This document shows positions 31,570 to 41,095 of a DNA stretch of 64,000 nt, one piece after another (position 1 is the first letter of the stretch; each line of letters begins with the position of its first letter). Made by a program: the position numbers and the translations under genes. Origin of the DNA: Gammaproteobacteria bacterium. Its GTDB lineage: Bacteria > Pseudomonadota > Gammaproteobacteria > Eutrophobiales > Eutrophobiaceae. The stretch is taken from NCBI GenBank assembly GCA_965222155.1, contig CBDCTH010000012.1, forward strand, positions 1,184,001-1,248,000, in the 5' to 3' direction. The notes beneath the pieces are model-generated. The model was not told the origin of the DNA. It ran no database searches and saw nothing but the letters and a program-made list of their open reading frames with translations.

Positions 31570-33813
31570 ATGTGCTATTTCCGAATAAGGTCTGTCCCGG
31601 CGTTGGCCTGCCAACTGTTGACTTTTTCCCTGTCCATCATGATTGCCGCAACGGGCAGCGCGCAGGCTGTGATAGAAGAGGTGGTGGTGACTGCCAGAAA
31701 GCGTAGCGAAAATTTACAGGATGTTCCTGTTGCGGTCACCGCGTTTCAAGGGACTGCTCTTGAACAACGTGATCTGTCGGATATCTCACAATTAAGTAAT
31801 TTGACGCCCAACGTCACTTTAAGGCCTACGGCAAGTTTGAGCGGCTCGTCCAATTCCTCAGCCTTTTTTATCCGCGGCATAGGCCAGACTGATTTTGCCG
31901 TGACGACTGACCCTGGCGTGGGCGTATATATTGATGGCGTGTATATCGCGCGTTCCGTCGGCGCTGTGCTGGAGACCCTGGATGTAGAAAGTATCGAGGT
32001 GTTGCGCGGGCCGCAGGGAACACTGTTCGGCAGAAATACCATAGGCGGGGCCGTAAACGTCAGGACCAAACGGCCTGGCGATGAGCCGGGTGGTAATATC
32101 AGACTGACCACAGGCCGGTTTGACCGCATCGACCTGGCCGCTGCAGTCGACCTGCCGGTCAATGATAAATTGCAGCTGCGCCTCTCCGGCCTTACGCAGA
32201 ATCGCGATGGTTTCGTGCGGCGTCTGGTCACCGACCCGGCGTTGCAAACGGATGATAATATCGTCGGCAACCGGCAGGGTAACGAGAATTCCGATACGCT
32301 ACGCGGCTCCATTTTGTTTAATGCTACCGATGATCTCGAGTTTCTGGTTAATATCGATTACGCGCGCGTTCGCGAGGAATCAGCCGCGAGCACGGCGGCA
32401 ATCACCAGCGCGGGGATCCCGGGAGCTTCATTACTGGCGCCCGTAACCGCGTCGGGATTTGGTCTGGTTGTGCCAGGTGACCCGCGCTTTATTCCTGATG
32501 ACATCGATACCACATTCGCAACCGGCCCCAACGAAACTACACTGGATATTCTGGGTGCAACCGCTACAGTCACCTGGCGTCTTGACGGGCTGGAATTCAA
32601 ATCGATTACCTCCTACCGGGAGACCGATGGCACATTCAATCGGGATGGGGACGGGACGCCTTTCCCCATCGGCGAACAGACGCGTAGCATTGATTTCGAA
32701 CAGTTCACCCAGGAGCTACAAATAACCGGCGCCGGGTTCGATAACCAATTCGATTGGACGGCAGGCATGTTTTATTTCACCGAAGAGGCGACGGACCTGG
32801 TTCTGGTGCGCTTAGGTAATATCCTGCCGCCGCCGGGTATCGATATCGATAATTTCATCGACAATGAAAGTTTCGCTATATTCGCGCAGGGGACATTCGA
32901 CCTTAACGATAAATTGAGCCTGACCGGCGGCATTCGTTGGACCAGGGATGAGAAGGAGTATACGACGGCGCAAATCATCAGTGGGATACCGGTAACTGTC
33001 GTTAATGGCAGCAGTGATGCAGAGTTCGATGCAGTGACCGGGCGCGCGGGTCTGGAATACCGCTTAAACGAAGATCTGCTCATTTACTTTTCCTCGGCCC
33101 GGGGTTTCAAGAGTGGCGGTTTTACACCGCGTTATGTCGCGCCGGTTGCCGCACCCTTGCCGTTTGACCCGGAAACTGTGTGGTCATACGAAATCGGCGT
33201 TAAATGGCAGGGTCTGGAAGATCGCGCCCGGCTTAACCTGGCCGCGTTTTACACAGACTATACGGACATCCAGTTGGTATTGTTCGATAACTTCGGGGCG
33301 CCTATTAATCAAAACGGGGGTGAAGCGACAATCTGGGGTATAGAAGCGGAAGGGACCTGTATTTTCAGTGACTATTTCAGTCTGGCCACCACATTGGGGT
33401 ATACCAACGCTGAATTCGATGAAGTATTACCTCCTCTACTCGTGCCTTTTCAGCCTATTACAGTGGCTTCGAGGTTTCCCAACACACCGGAATTCCAAGC
33501 GTCGGTATCACCCCGACTTACCTTGCCGGTAGCCACTGGTGAAATTCGGCTGACAGTCGACTGGTTCTACAGTTCCAGCGTCCATCAAACCTTCGAAAAC
33601 GATCCTGAACTGTACCAGAACCCGCACCATCTGCTCGACGCATCGATTGCCTATACCGACTTGCCCGGTGACTGGTCACTGACCCTGGGTGTGCATAACG
33701 CTGCCGACGAGCGCATCATCATAAGTGGCGGTATCGGCAGAGTGCCGGGGTTTGGCGACAGGAACTTTAATCGGCCGCGTGAATGGTATCTGTCACTCAG
33801 CAAAAATTTCTAA
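31570..33813 (+). CDS. TonB-dependent receptor
   Basis: Signal peptide, TonB box IEEVVVTARKR, IEVLRGPQGTLFGRNTIGGAVN, C-terminal Phe; ATG 31570 chosen. Confidence 0.93.
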   Translation: MCYFRIRSVPALACQLLTFSLSIMIAATGSAQAVIEEVVVTARKRSENLQDVPVAVTAFQGTALEQRDLSDISQLSNLTPNVTLRPTASLSGSSNSSAFFIRGIGQTDFAVTTDPGVGVYIDGVYIARSVGAVLETLDVESIEVLRGPQGTLFGRNTIGGAVNVRTKRPGDEPGGNIRLTTGRFDRIDLAAAVDLPVNDKLQLRLSGLTQNRDGFVRRLVTDPALQTDDNIVGNRQGNENSDTLRGSILFNATDDLEFLVNIDYARVREESAASTAAITSAGIPGASLLAPVTASGFGLVVPGDPRFIPDDIDTTFATGPNETTLDILGATATVTWRLDGLEFKSITSYRETDGTFNRDGDGTPFPIGEQTRSIDFEQFTQELQITGAGFDNQFDWTAGMFYFTEEATDLVLVRLGNILPPPGIDIDNFIDNESFAIFAQGTFDLNDKLSLTGGIRWTRDEKEYTTAQIISGIPVTVVNGSSDAEFDAVTGRAGLEYRLNEDLLIYFSSARGFKSGGFTPRYVAPVAAPLPFDPETVWSYEIGVKWQGLEDRARLNLAAFYTDYTDIQLVLFDNFGAPINQNGGEATIWGIEAEGTCIFSDYFSLATTLGYTNAEFDEVLPPLLVPFQPITVASRFPNTPEFQASVSPRLTLPVATGEIRLTVDWFYSSSVHQTFENDPELYQNPHHLLDASIAYTDLPGDWSLTLGVHNAADERIIISGGIGRVPGFGDRNFNRPREWYLSLSKNF

Positions 33814-33831
33814 CACAGCCTGATAAATCCC

Positions 33832-35277
33832 ATGGCGCGTTGCCTTCCGGACCAAGGATTCGTCACGTCGAAAGATGACGAACTCTTCAGCCTTTCTTTG
33901 TCCACACTGCTCCCCCTGCTTGAGCAGGGGGAGATTCACCATGAAGCATACCTGCAGAGTATCCTGCAACGTATTGAACAGTGTAAACACCTGAATATTT
34001 TTACTGCATACGATGAGGCAATCATTGCCCGGCAACTCGGCGGACTGAAAGATGGTTTGTCCCTGCTGCCCCTGCACGGTGTTCCGTTTGCCGTTAAAGA
34101 TAATATCCTTACTGAAGATTACCCTACCTCGAATGGCACGCCGGCGCTCAAAGACTGGCAACCGGGGGTAGATGCCGAAATCGTCAAACAAACGCGACGG
34201 CTGGGCGGCGTATTACTGGGCAAGCTCAACATGTCGGAATTCTGCCAGCATATATCCTGTAACAACGTCACCTTCGGGCCGGTACGCAACCCCCATAACC
34301 CGGACATGATACCGGGCGGCAGCAGTGGCGCTTGCGCAGCCGGTGTAGCCGCGGGGCTGTTTCCGTTTGCCATCGGCACGGATACCGGCGGCTCGGTACG
34401 CATTCCTGCCGCGTTGTGCGGCTGCTGTGGTTATAGACCGACAACCGGTCGCTTCTCCAACACGGGTATTACGCCCGTTGCGCCGATTGCCGACACGCCT
34501 GGTCTGCTGACCCGTTCCGTAGCAGATATTATTCTGCTGGATCAGTTGCTGACAGGCGCAGCCGATAGCGACCCGATTCACTTGTCCGGCCTCCGTTTAG
34601 GCATACCTCGAACCTATTTTTATGATGAGCTGGACCCGGACATCAGCAATGCCATGGAGACGGCTTTTGCAACCCTGTCTGCCCATGGTGTAATCCTGGT
34701 GGAACATGACATGCCGGATCTTGCCGAGCTCATTCCACGGGTCGGCATGCCCATTGTTTTCTATAGTATGCTGCGTGAAATCAGCTTCTTTCTGTTACGC
34801 CACGGTAATCTCACCCCGGTGCGCTCAATCATTGAACAGGTGGCCGGCGAAGTGGAGAAGACGACCCTGTTCAGCCAGCTTAACGAACTGCTGGTCAGCG
34901 CGGACAGTTACCACGATGCCTTGTGCAACAAATTGCCGGCATTGCGACGCAAGTACGACGATTACTTTCACGAGAGTAATAGCGATGTTTTTCTGGTGCC
35001 CACGACGATTGCCCCCGCCAAACCGCACTCGGCCAACGGAACTGACCGTGAAATCGACCATCTCCAGCAAAAGCGCCCAAGCTTTCTGAGCTATATCCAT
35101 AATACGGAGCCAAGCAGCTTTGCCGGTGTCCCATGCGTATCCATCCCTGTCGGGCTGACCGGGACGGACCTGCCGGTAGGGATGGAAATCGTAGGACAAA
35201 GGGGTTATGATGCTCGCTTACTGCAGATTGCAGTGGCGATCGAGGCAATACTCCCGCGATTCCCGAACCAGACATAG
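33832..35277 (+). CDS. Amidase signature family enzyme (indoleacetamide hydrolase-like)
   Basis: LHGVPFAVKDN, PGGSSG, IGTDTGGSVRIPAALCG. Confidence 0.88.
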   Translation: MARCLPDQGFVTSKDDELFSLSLSTLLPLLEQGEIHHEAYLQSILQRIEQCKHLNIFTAYDEAIIARQLGGLKDGLSLLPLHGVPFAVKDNILTEDYPTSNGTPALKDWQPGVDAEIVKQTRRLGGVLLGKLNMSEFCQHISCNNVTFGPVRNPHNPDMIPGGSSGACAAGVAAGLFPFAIGTDTGGSVRIPAALCGCCGYRPTTGRFSNTGITPVAPIADTPGLLTRSVADIILLDQLLTGAADSDPIHLSGLRLGIPRTYFYDELDPDISNAMETAFATLSAHGVILVEHDMPDLAELIPRVGMPIVFYSMLREISFFLLRHGNLTPVRSIIEQVAGEVEKTTLFSQLNELLVSADSYHDALCNKLPALRRKYDDYFHESNSDVFLVPTTIAPAKPHSANGTDREIDHLQQKRPSFLSYIHNTEPSSFAGVPCVSIPVGLTGTDLPVGMEIVGQRGYDARLLQIAVAIEAILPRFPNQT

Positions 35278-35322
35278 CTTGAATCGGGCTGTTTTTGCCA
35301 TTTTTTACGGCGCGGAGGTCCA

Positions 35323-36270
35323 ATGCAATGGTATGAATTCAGCACCAGCCCACGACAAGGACTCGATGACTGGCGACACTTCATCAGTAAAAACCTGATT
35401 GGCGTTGAATGTGAGCCCCTGTCACACGATAATTTCCATGGGGCTGTACGTCAGGCCAAGGTAGGGAGTTTTGGCATAACACAGATCGCGTGCAGCGCTC
35501 ATCGAGTACATCGCTCCGAAAGACAACTCGATGATTCGGCCAAAGATTATCTCGTTGTTCTGCTGCAGAAAAAAGGCGACGTCTACATAGAACACAAGGG
35601 CGTCGACAATGACCTGGGGCCTTCAGGGATTTTCATTTTCGATCCTTCCTATACGCATGAGATGAAATTCCATTCGGATATTGATCAAACACTCTTACGT
35701 TTTCCCAAAGATGCCTTTTCCTTGCGGGGAATTGAACCTTATACGTTGGCAGGCGCAAAAGTCAATTGCAAGAGTGGGCTTGGACGCTGTTTTATGGAGT
35801 TCATAAGTTCCGTCACCAATGAACTCGAACAATGTGCCGAATACGATTGCCAGCGTCTTCTGGAAACCGCCGTCGACCTGTTCAAGCTGACCCTGCAGGA
35901 ACATCATTCCCTGTCGCTGGGGCGCCTCAGCTCAACGCAGCGGCACCTTGTGAGCCGGATAAGAGCTTATATCGAATATAATTTAACTGCCCCGGAATTA
36001 AATGCCGAACGCATCTCGGAGCATTTCGGCATATCCAGACGCTATATCGACCAGTTGTTCAGTTTGACCGGGGAAACCCTGTCCGGATGGATCAAGGCGC
36101 GCAGACTGGAGTTGTGCTGTCGTCTTTTCAGGGGCCGGGATACCAGAACAGTGAGCATATCGGAAGTTGCCTATTTCGCCGGTTTCGGTGATATTTCTTA
36201 TTTTAATCGATCCTTCAAGCAACGCTACCACATCACTCCGCGCCAATACAAAAAACGTTTCAGTATATGA
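35323..36270 (+). CDS. AraC-family regulator (FeaR-like)
   Basis: C-terminal ISEVAYFAGFGDISYFNRSFKQRYHITPRQY. Confidence 0.9.
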   Translation: MQWYEFSTSPRQGLDDWRHFISKNLIGVECEPLSHDNFHGAVRQAKVGSFGITQIACSAHRVHRSERQLDDSAKDYLVVLLQKKGDVYIEHKGVDNDLGPSGIFIFDPSYTHEMKFHSDIDQTLLRFPKDAFSLRGIEPYTLAGAKVNCKSGLGRCFMEFISSVTNELEQCAEYDCQRLLETAVDLFKLTLQEHHSLSLGRLSSTQRHLVSRIRAYIEYNLTAPELNAERISEHFGISRRYIDQLFSLTGETLSGWIKARRLELCCRLFRGRDTRTVSISEVAYFAGFGDISYFNRSFKQRYHITPRQYKKRFSI

Positions 36271-36384
36271 AGCGTTTTTACGTGGATCGTGTCGTCGAAC
36301 TGATATTCGCCAACGCAGCAGCGTTTCCCAGGGAAGTCATCAAGATGTTACGGGACAGGATGGCCGGTGGACACGGCTGGACAG

Positions 36385-38058
36385 CTATTCCTCGCCCCGC
36401 ATACGCCTGCGCCGGTCGATGTCGCCCGGGACAGGGACGGCATCCAGTAGTGTCCGGGTGTATTCGTGTTGCGGGTTGAAGATAACGTCCTCTGTCCTCC
36501 CGCGTTCAATTACTTTACCCCGGTGCATGACCAGTATCTGCTCGGACAGTTGCCTGACGACACTCAGATCATGAGAGATGAACAGGTAGGCAATGCCGTA
36601 GCGCGCTTGCAGCCGGCGTAACAGGTCGATAATCTGCGCCTGTATGGTCACGTCCAGGGCGCTGACGGCCTCGTCACAAACGATGAACTTAGGTTCCAGA
36701 GACAGCGCCCGGGCGATACTGATACGCTGGCGTTCACCGCCGGAAAACTCAAACGGGTAGCGGTTGACCATGTCCGCCCTCAGTTCAACCTCCTCAAGCA
36801 GTTGCACGGCCTTATCCTGTTTCGCCATGTCCAGCAAACCATGCTCCTTGAGTCCCTCCGTCAGTATATCCATGATCGTCATACGCGGGTTCAGCGATGA
36901 ATAGGGGTCCTGGAAGATCATTTGCAGGTTACGGCGCCAGGGTTTCATGCGGCCTTTCTTCAGGCCGCCGATTTCCGTGTCTTCAAAGACTATACTGCCG
37001 TTGTTGATGGCTTGCAGGCCGATAATTGCCCGTCCCAGGGTGGTTTTCCCCGAACCCGATTCCCCCACCAGGCCCACCGTTGACCCCCTGGCAATGGCCA
37101 GGTCAATATCGTCAACGGCCTTGACATGGCCGGTCGTGCGTGCGAACAAGCCCTTTTTGACCGGGAACCAGACGCGCAGGTTCTCCACCCGAATTAATCC
37201 ATCCTTGCCATGCGCGGCTTTCGTTCCCCTGCCATACGCTCTCACTGCGTCTTCCTTCGTATCGTACAGCCGCGGCACCGCTTGCAGCAACGAACGTGTA
37301 TACTCATGGGCAGGCGCACTGAATATGGGTTCGATCGCGCCGCGCTCAACTACCCGGGAGTCTTTCATGACGTAGAGCCGGTCGCATACCTCCCAGACCA
37401 CTGCCAGGTCGTGGGTGATCAGCAGCATAGACGTGTCTTCATCCTTCATGCTCATCAATAACCTGAAAATCTGCGCCTGCACCGTAACGTCCAGGGCGGT
37501 GGAGGGTTCATCAGCGATGATCAGCTGCGGTTTCAGCATCAGGGCCATGGCAATCATGACGCGCTGGCGCATACCGCCGGATAAATGATGGGGATAAAAC
37601 GACATCCGCTGCTCCGGGTCGGGGAGGCCTACCTTCTCCAGCCATTCCGTACCGAATTTCCAGGCCGCTTCCCGGTCCATGTCGGTATGAAGGCGCAACA
37701 TCTCGCTGAGTTGTTGACCGACCTTGTGCAACGGCGACAGCGCGGTCATCGGTTCCTGGAATATCATACTGATTTCCGCCCCGCGGGTTTGTCTGAGGCG
37801 CTCGATGGGCAGCGTCAGCAGGTCTTCACCGTTGAAGACAGCATTACCCTTGACGAAGCGCGCCGGCGGGCGCGGGACAAGCCGCAAAATACTCTGCGCA
37901 GTCACGGTCTTGCCGGAACCGGACTCTCCCACCAGTCCGATAATCTCGCCTCGGCGGATATCCAGGCTGACGTCGTTTACCGCCTCGACAATGCCTTCAT
38001 CGGTGTCGAAATGCACCGTGAGATCGTTGACGGAAAGCAGTTTTCCGGATGTTTTCAT
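36385..38058 (-). CDS. yejF: Peptide ABC transporter, fused dual ATP-binding subunit (YejF-like)
   Basis: Two GESGSGK Walker A, LSGGMRQR/FSGGERQR; last gene of yej-like operon. Confidence 0.8.
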   Translation of the reverse strand: MKTSGKLLSVNDLTVHFDTDEGIVEAVNDVSLDIRRGEIIGLVGESGSGKTVTAQSILRLVPRPPARFVKGNAVFNGEDLLTLPIERLRQTRGAEISMIFQEPMTALSPLHKVGQQLSEMLRLHTDMDREAAWKFGTEWLEKVGLPDPEQRMSFYPHHLSGGMRQRVMIAMALMLKPQLIIADEPSTALDVTVQAQIFRLLMSMKDEDTSMLLITHDLAVVWEVCDRLYVMKDSRVVERGAIEPIFSAPAHEYTRSLLQAVPRLYDTKEDAVRAYGRGTKAAHGKDGLIRVENLRVWFPVKKGLFARTTGHVKAVDDIDLAIARGSTVGLVGESGSGKTTLGRAIIGLQAINNGSIVFEDTEIGGLKKGRMKPWRRNLQMIFQDPYSSLNPRMTIMDILTEGLKEHGLLDMAKQDKAVQLLEEVELRADMVNRYPFEFSGGERQRISIARALSLEPKFIVCDEAVSALDVTIQAQIIDLLRRLQARYGIAYLFISHDLSVVRQLSEQILVMHRGKVIERGRTEDVIFNPQHEYTRTLLDAVPVPGDIDRRRRMRGEE

Positions 38059-38065
38059 AGCCCCG

Positions 38066-39664
38066 TCATTCCAGCCGCGTAAACTTCCTGGGGTCGAAGG
38101 CATTGCGCACACCCTCGCCGATGAAAACACACAGGAGGATCACCAGGAACAGGGCCAGGCTCGGATACAAAATCAGCCACCAGTAGGCCTGTCCCTGCGC
38201 TTGCGCCAGCAATTGTCCCCAACTGGCGGTGGGTGGGGGCAGGCCGAAACCCAGGTAATCCAGCGCCGCCAGGGTACCGATAGCGCCGACCAGGGAAAAG
38301 GGAAAGAACGTTGTCAGCGGTACCAGCGCATTAGGCAGTATGTGCCGGAACAGGATTTTCCGATCCGGCAATCCCAGGCACTGGGCGGCTTCGACGAACT
38401 GCTGGTTGCGCAGGCGCAGGAATTCGGCGCGCATGTAATAGGAAATGCCTATCCAGTTGAACAAACCGTAGACAATGAGTAACAGTGTGAAACTGCTGCC
38501 GTACACCGACCCCAGCAGTATCAGGACGTACAGGAACGGCAGCGCTTCCCAGATCTCAGTCAGACGCTGGCCGGTCAGGTCAAATTTTCCGCCGTAGTAG
38601 CCCTGGACTGCGCCGATGATCGTGCCGATAACCATGGAAGTGACGACCAGCAGCAGGCCGAAATTAAGCGATATTCGCAAGCCGTAAAAGATGCGCGCCA
38701 GCACGTCCCGGCCGGTGTCATCCAGTCCGAACAGGTGGGGGCCGACCGGACGGAATGGAAAGCGCACGTCTTCCTTGATGAATTTTATCCGGTAGTTGAT
38801 GCCGTCATGCTCCAGACGCAGGTCTCCGACGGGAGCCGACAGGCGCGCCCTGGCCCTGTTGCGGATATCGTCTCTGCGTTTTGCCGTGAGATCATTCCAC
38901 AAGCCGTTGCGGGTGCTGACAAGCCCGTCTTCAGGGGTATACAGCCAACTCTCTTCCAGGTTTTCCCCGACGCCTTCCCGCAGCAGCACCCGTACCGTGT
39001 CCGGACTCCTGCTGCGTGGTTTGTAAGGAGAGAGGCTGAGTTCAACCTGCGCCGCTTCCGGAGCCGATGGGAATACCGTTGAATAGGGTACTGCCGGCTT
39101 ATTGGCAAATCTCAGCTTCAGGGCCTCGATGAAAGGCTCAGCGATGGTATAGAAGCTGCGCATACTCAATCCTTCAATGGGCGCCCCAATTGCCGTATCA
39201 CCCTGGCGGAAAAACCACTCCGCCCGCTGCTGACGATGTATGATGAAATTGATATCGATATTGACCGAGGCAACCCGGGGCTCCCGCTGCACATGAATTT
39301 CCACCTGGTTATCAACCGGGATGGAGGAGGCCTTGGTAATCTCCTGGGGACCGAAGGGCACCAGCGGAAAAATCATGAAATTATCCTCACTCCCGGCAAA
39401 CGCGGGAGAGTCATTGATCGTCTTGTAGTCCGGACGGGTTAATAACCCATTGCCTGTAAAGGTGTTCTCCGGGTAAAAGAACAAAACTGGAAAATAGGAT
39501 TTGTCCTCATAATGCACATACAGTGGACGATCATTGCAGATTAACTCTGCCCCCAGGCTCGTTATATACAGGAACACGATGATCAGCAGCGAATAATACG
39601 CGCGCTTGTACTCACGAAACCGTTGCAGGCGCTTACGCGTAATCGGATCAAACCAGTTAACCAT
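38066..39664 (-). CDS. yejE: Peptide ABC permease (YejE-like) with a large insertion
   Basis: HLFGLDDTGRDVLARIFYGLRIS, EAA loop FVEAAQCLG, LDYLGFGLPPPTASWG. Confidence 0.8.
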   Translation of the reverse strand: MVNWFDPITRKRLQRFREYKRAYYSLLIIVFLYITSLGAELICNDRPLYVHYEDKSYFPVLFFYPENTFTGNGLLTRPDYKTINDSPAFAGSEDNFMIFPLVPFGPQEITKASSIPVDNQVEIHVQREPRVASVNIDINFIIHRQQRAEWFFRQGDTAIGAPIEGLSMRSFYTIAEPFIEALKLRFANKPAVPYSTVFPSAPEAAQVELSLSPYKPRSRSPDTVRVLLREGVGENLEESWLYTPEDGLVSTRNGLWNDLTAKRRDDIRNRARARLSAPVGDLRLEHDGINYRIKFIKEDVRFPFRPVGPHLFGLDDTGRDVLARIFYGLRISLNFGLLLVVTSMVIGTIIGAVQGYYGGKFDLTGQRLTEIWEALPFLYVLILLGSVYGSSFTLLLIVYGLFNWIGISYYMRAEFLRLRNQQFVEAAQCLGLPDRKILFRHILPNALVPLTTFFPFSLVGAIGTLAALDYLGFGLPPPTASWGQLLAQAQGQAYWWLILYPSLALFLVILLCVFIGEGVRNAFDPRKFTRLE

Positions 39665-39671
39665 AAAACAC

Positions 39672-39805
39672 CGTCATTCCGGCAAATGCCCCCCTGGTCG
39701 TCACTCCGGCGAATGCCCCTTGGTCGTCACTCCGGCGAATGCCCCTTGGTCATCATTCCGGCGAATGCCCCCTTGGTCGTCATTCCGGCGAATGCCGGAA
39801 TCCAG
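39672..39805. repeat. Tandem array of five family A left arms ending in one complete palindrome
   Basis: CGTCA(T/C)TCCGGC(A/G)AATGCCCC..TGGT x4, then CGTCATTCCGGCGAATGCCGGAATCCAG; period ~26-28. Confidence 0.85.
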
Positions 39806-39833
39806 TGAAACAATAATGCTTCTATCGCAATAC

Positions 39834-40877
39834 TCATGCGTCGAAATGTATCCTTGGATCGATGAACATGTAACACAAGTCGGAGAAGATCCTGCCTATC
39901 AGCCCGAGAATGGAGGTCAGGGCCAGTATGCCCATGAATACCATGTAATCGCGGCTGACGATGGCATCCAGGCTCAACAGGCCCATGCCGGGGATTTCAA
40001 AGACTTTTTCTATCAGCACGGACCCGGCAAAAATCAGGGTGAAGATACTGCCGAAACCGGTGGCAATGGGAATCAGCGAATTGCGGAAGGCATGAGCCCA
40101 GATGGCCCGGTTGAATGTAGCGCCTTTGGCCAGGACCGTGCGAACATAATCCTGGCTGATCTGCTCCAGCAGGCTGTTCTTCATCAGCAGTGTGAGCACT
40201 GCGAAGTTGCCTATCATGTAGCAGGTGACCGGCAAAAACATGTGCATGAACAAGTCTTTGGCCTTGTCTGAGGTGGACAGCTCAATAAAATTTTCCGAAG
40301 TAAAACCGCTGACCGGAAAAATATCCCATAACCCTTCTGTCGTGCCTGACAGAAACATCTTCAACAACATGCCGAAGGCGAATGCGGGGATGGCATAGCC
40401 GATGAATACCAGGATACTGCTGGAGATATCAAACCAGGAGCCGTTTTTGACGGCCTTGGCTATTCCCAGAGGGATGCAGACCAGGTAGGTCAGGAAGAAC
40501 CCGGTCAGTCCGAATATCAGCGATACCGGAAATCGCTCGACAATAAGTTGGATCACCGTTTTGTTCGGGTATTTATAGGAGTCGACCGCCATGCCGACCC
40601 GATCCGTGACCAGCCATTTCCAGTAACGCTGCAGCAGGGGTTTGTCGAAGTTGAAATGCTGCTCCAGGGCCTTGCGCTGGTCCGGGGAGATACCGCTGGG
40701 TCCGGCGGCCGCGGCTGCATCAACCGTTCCCTGGCCAATCCCGCGCATCTGCATAATTGCCTGCTCCACCGGCCCGCCGGGGATAAACTGGCACAGGGCA
40801 AAACAGACGAAGGTGATACCGATGAAGGTGGGAATGACCAGCAGCAGGCGCCTGATGATGTAATGCGTTCGTTCCAT
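39834..40877 (-). CDS. yejB: Peptide ABC permease (YejB-like)
   Basis: YIIRRLLLVIPT, PGGPVEQ, FDKPL, DYVRTVLAKG, DPRIHF. Confidence 0.85.
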   Translation of the reverse strand: MERTHYIIRRLLLVIPTFIGITFVCFALCQFIPGGPVEQAIMQMRGIGQGTVDAAAAAGPSGISPDQRKALEQHFNFDKPLLQRYWKWLVTDRVGMAVDSYKYPNKTVIQLIVERFPVSLIFGLTGFFLTYLVCIPLGIAKAVKNGSWFDISSSILVFIGYAIPAFAFGMLLKMFLSGTTEGLWDIFPVSGFTSENFIELSTSDKAKDLFMHMFLPVTCYMIGNFAVLTLLMKNSLLEQISQDYVRTVLAKGATFNRAIWAHAFRNSLIPIATGFGSIFTLIFAGSVLIEKVFEIPGMGLLSLDAIVSRDYMVFMGILALTSILGLIGRIFSDLCYMFIDPRIHFDA

Positions 40878-40920
40878 TGACTCTATAAAATATCCGCAGG
40901 TTACGTAATTAAAACATATT

Positions 40921-41074
40921 ATCCGCAGATTACGCAGATTAGCGCAGATTAAAAATGATTCTTTTGTGTTGGAGTGATTTTGTTCTGAAATTGATTATAA
41001 GAACAACCATTGCAGCCCCGATAATATGATAAGTCTGCTCATCTTTTATATTTTCATCTGCGTAATCTGCGGAT
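40921..41074 (-). mobile_element. 154-bp internally deleted derivative of the GxxExxY element (family D)
   Basis: TIR ATCCGCAGATTACGCAGAT at both ends; interior encodes the gene start (DEQTYHIIGAAM) fused to the gene end (LIINFRTKSLQHKRIIFNLR*). Confidence 0.8.
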
Positions 41075-41095
41075 AAATAATTTTTCACCCGTGTA

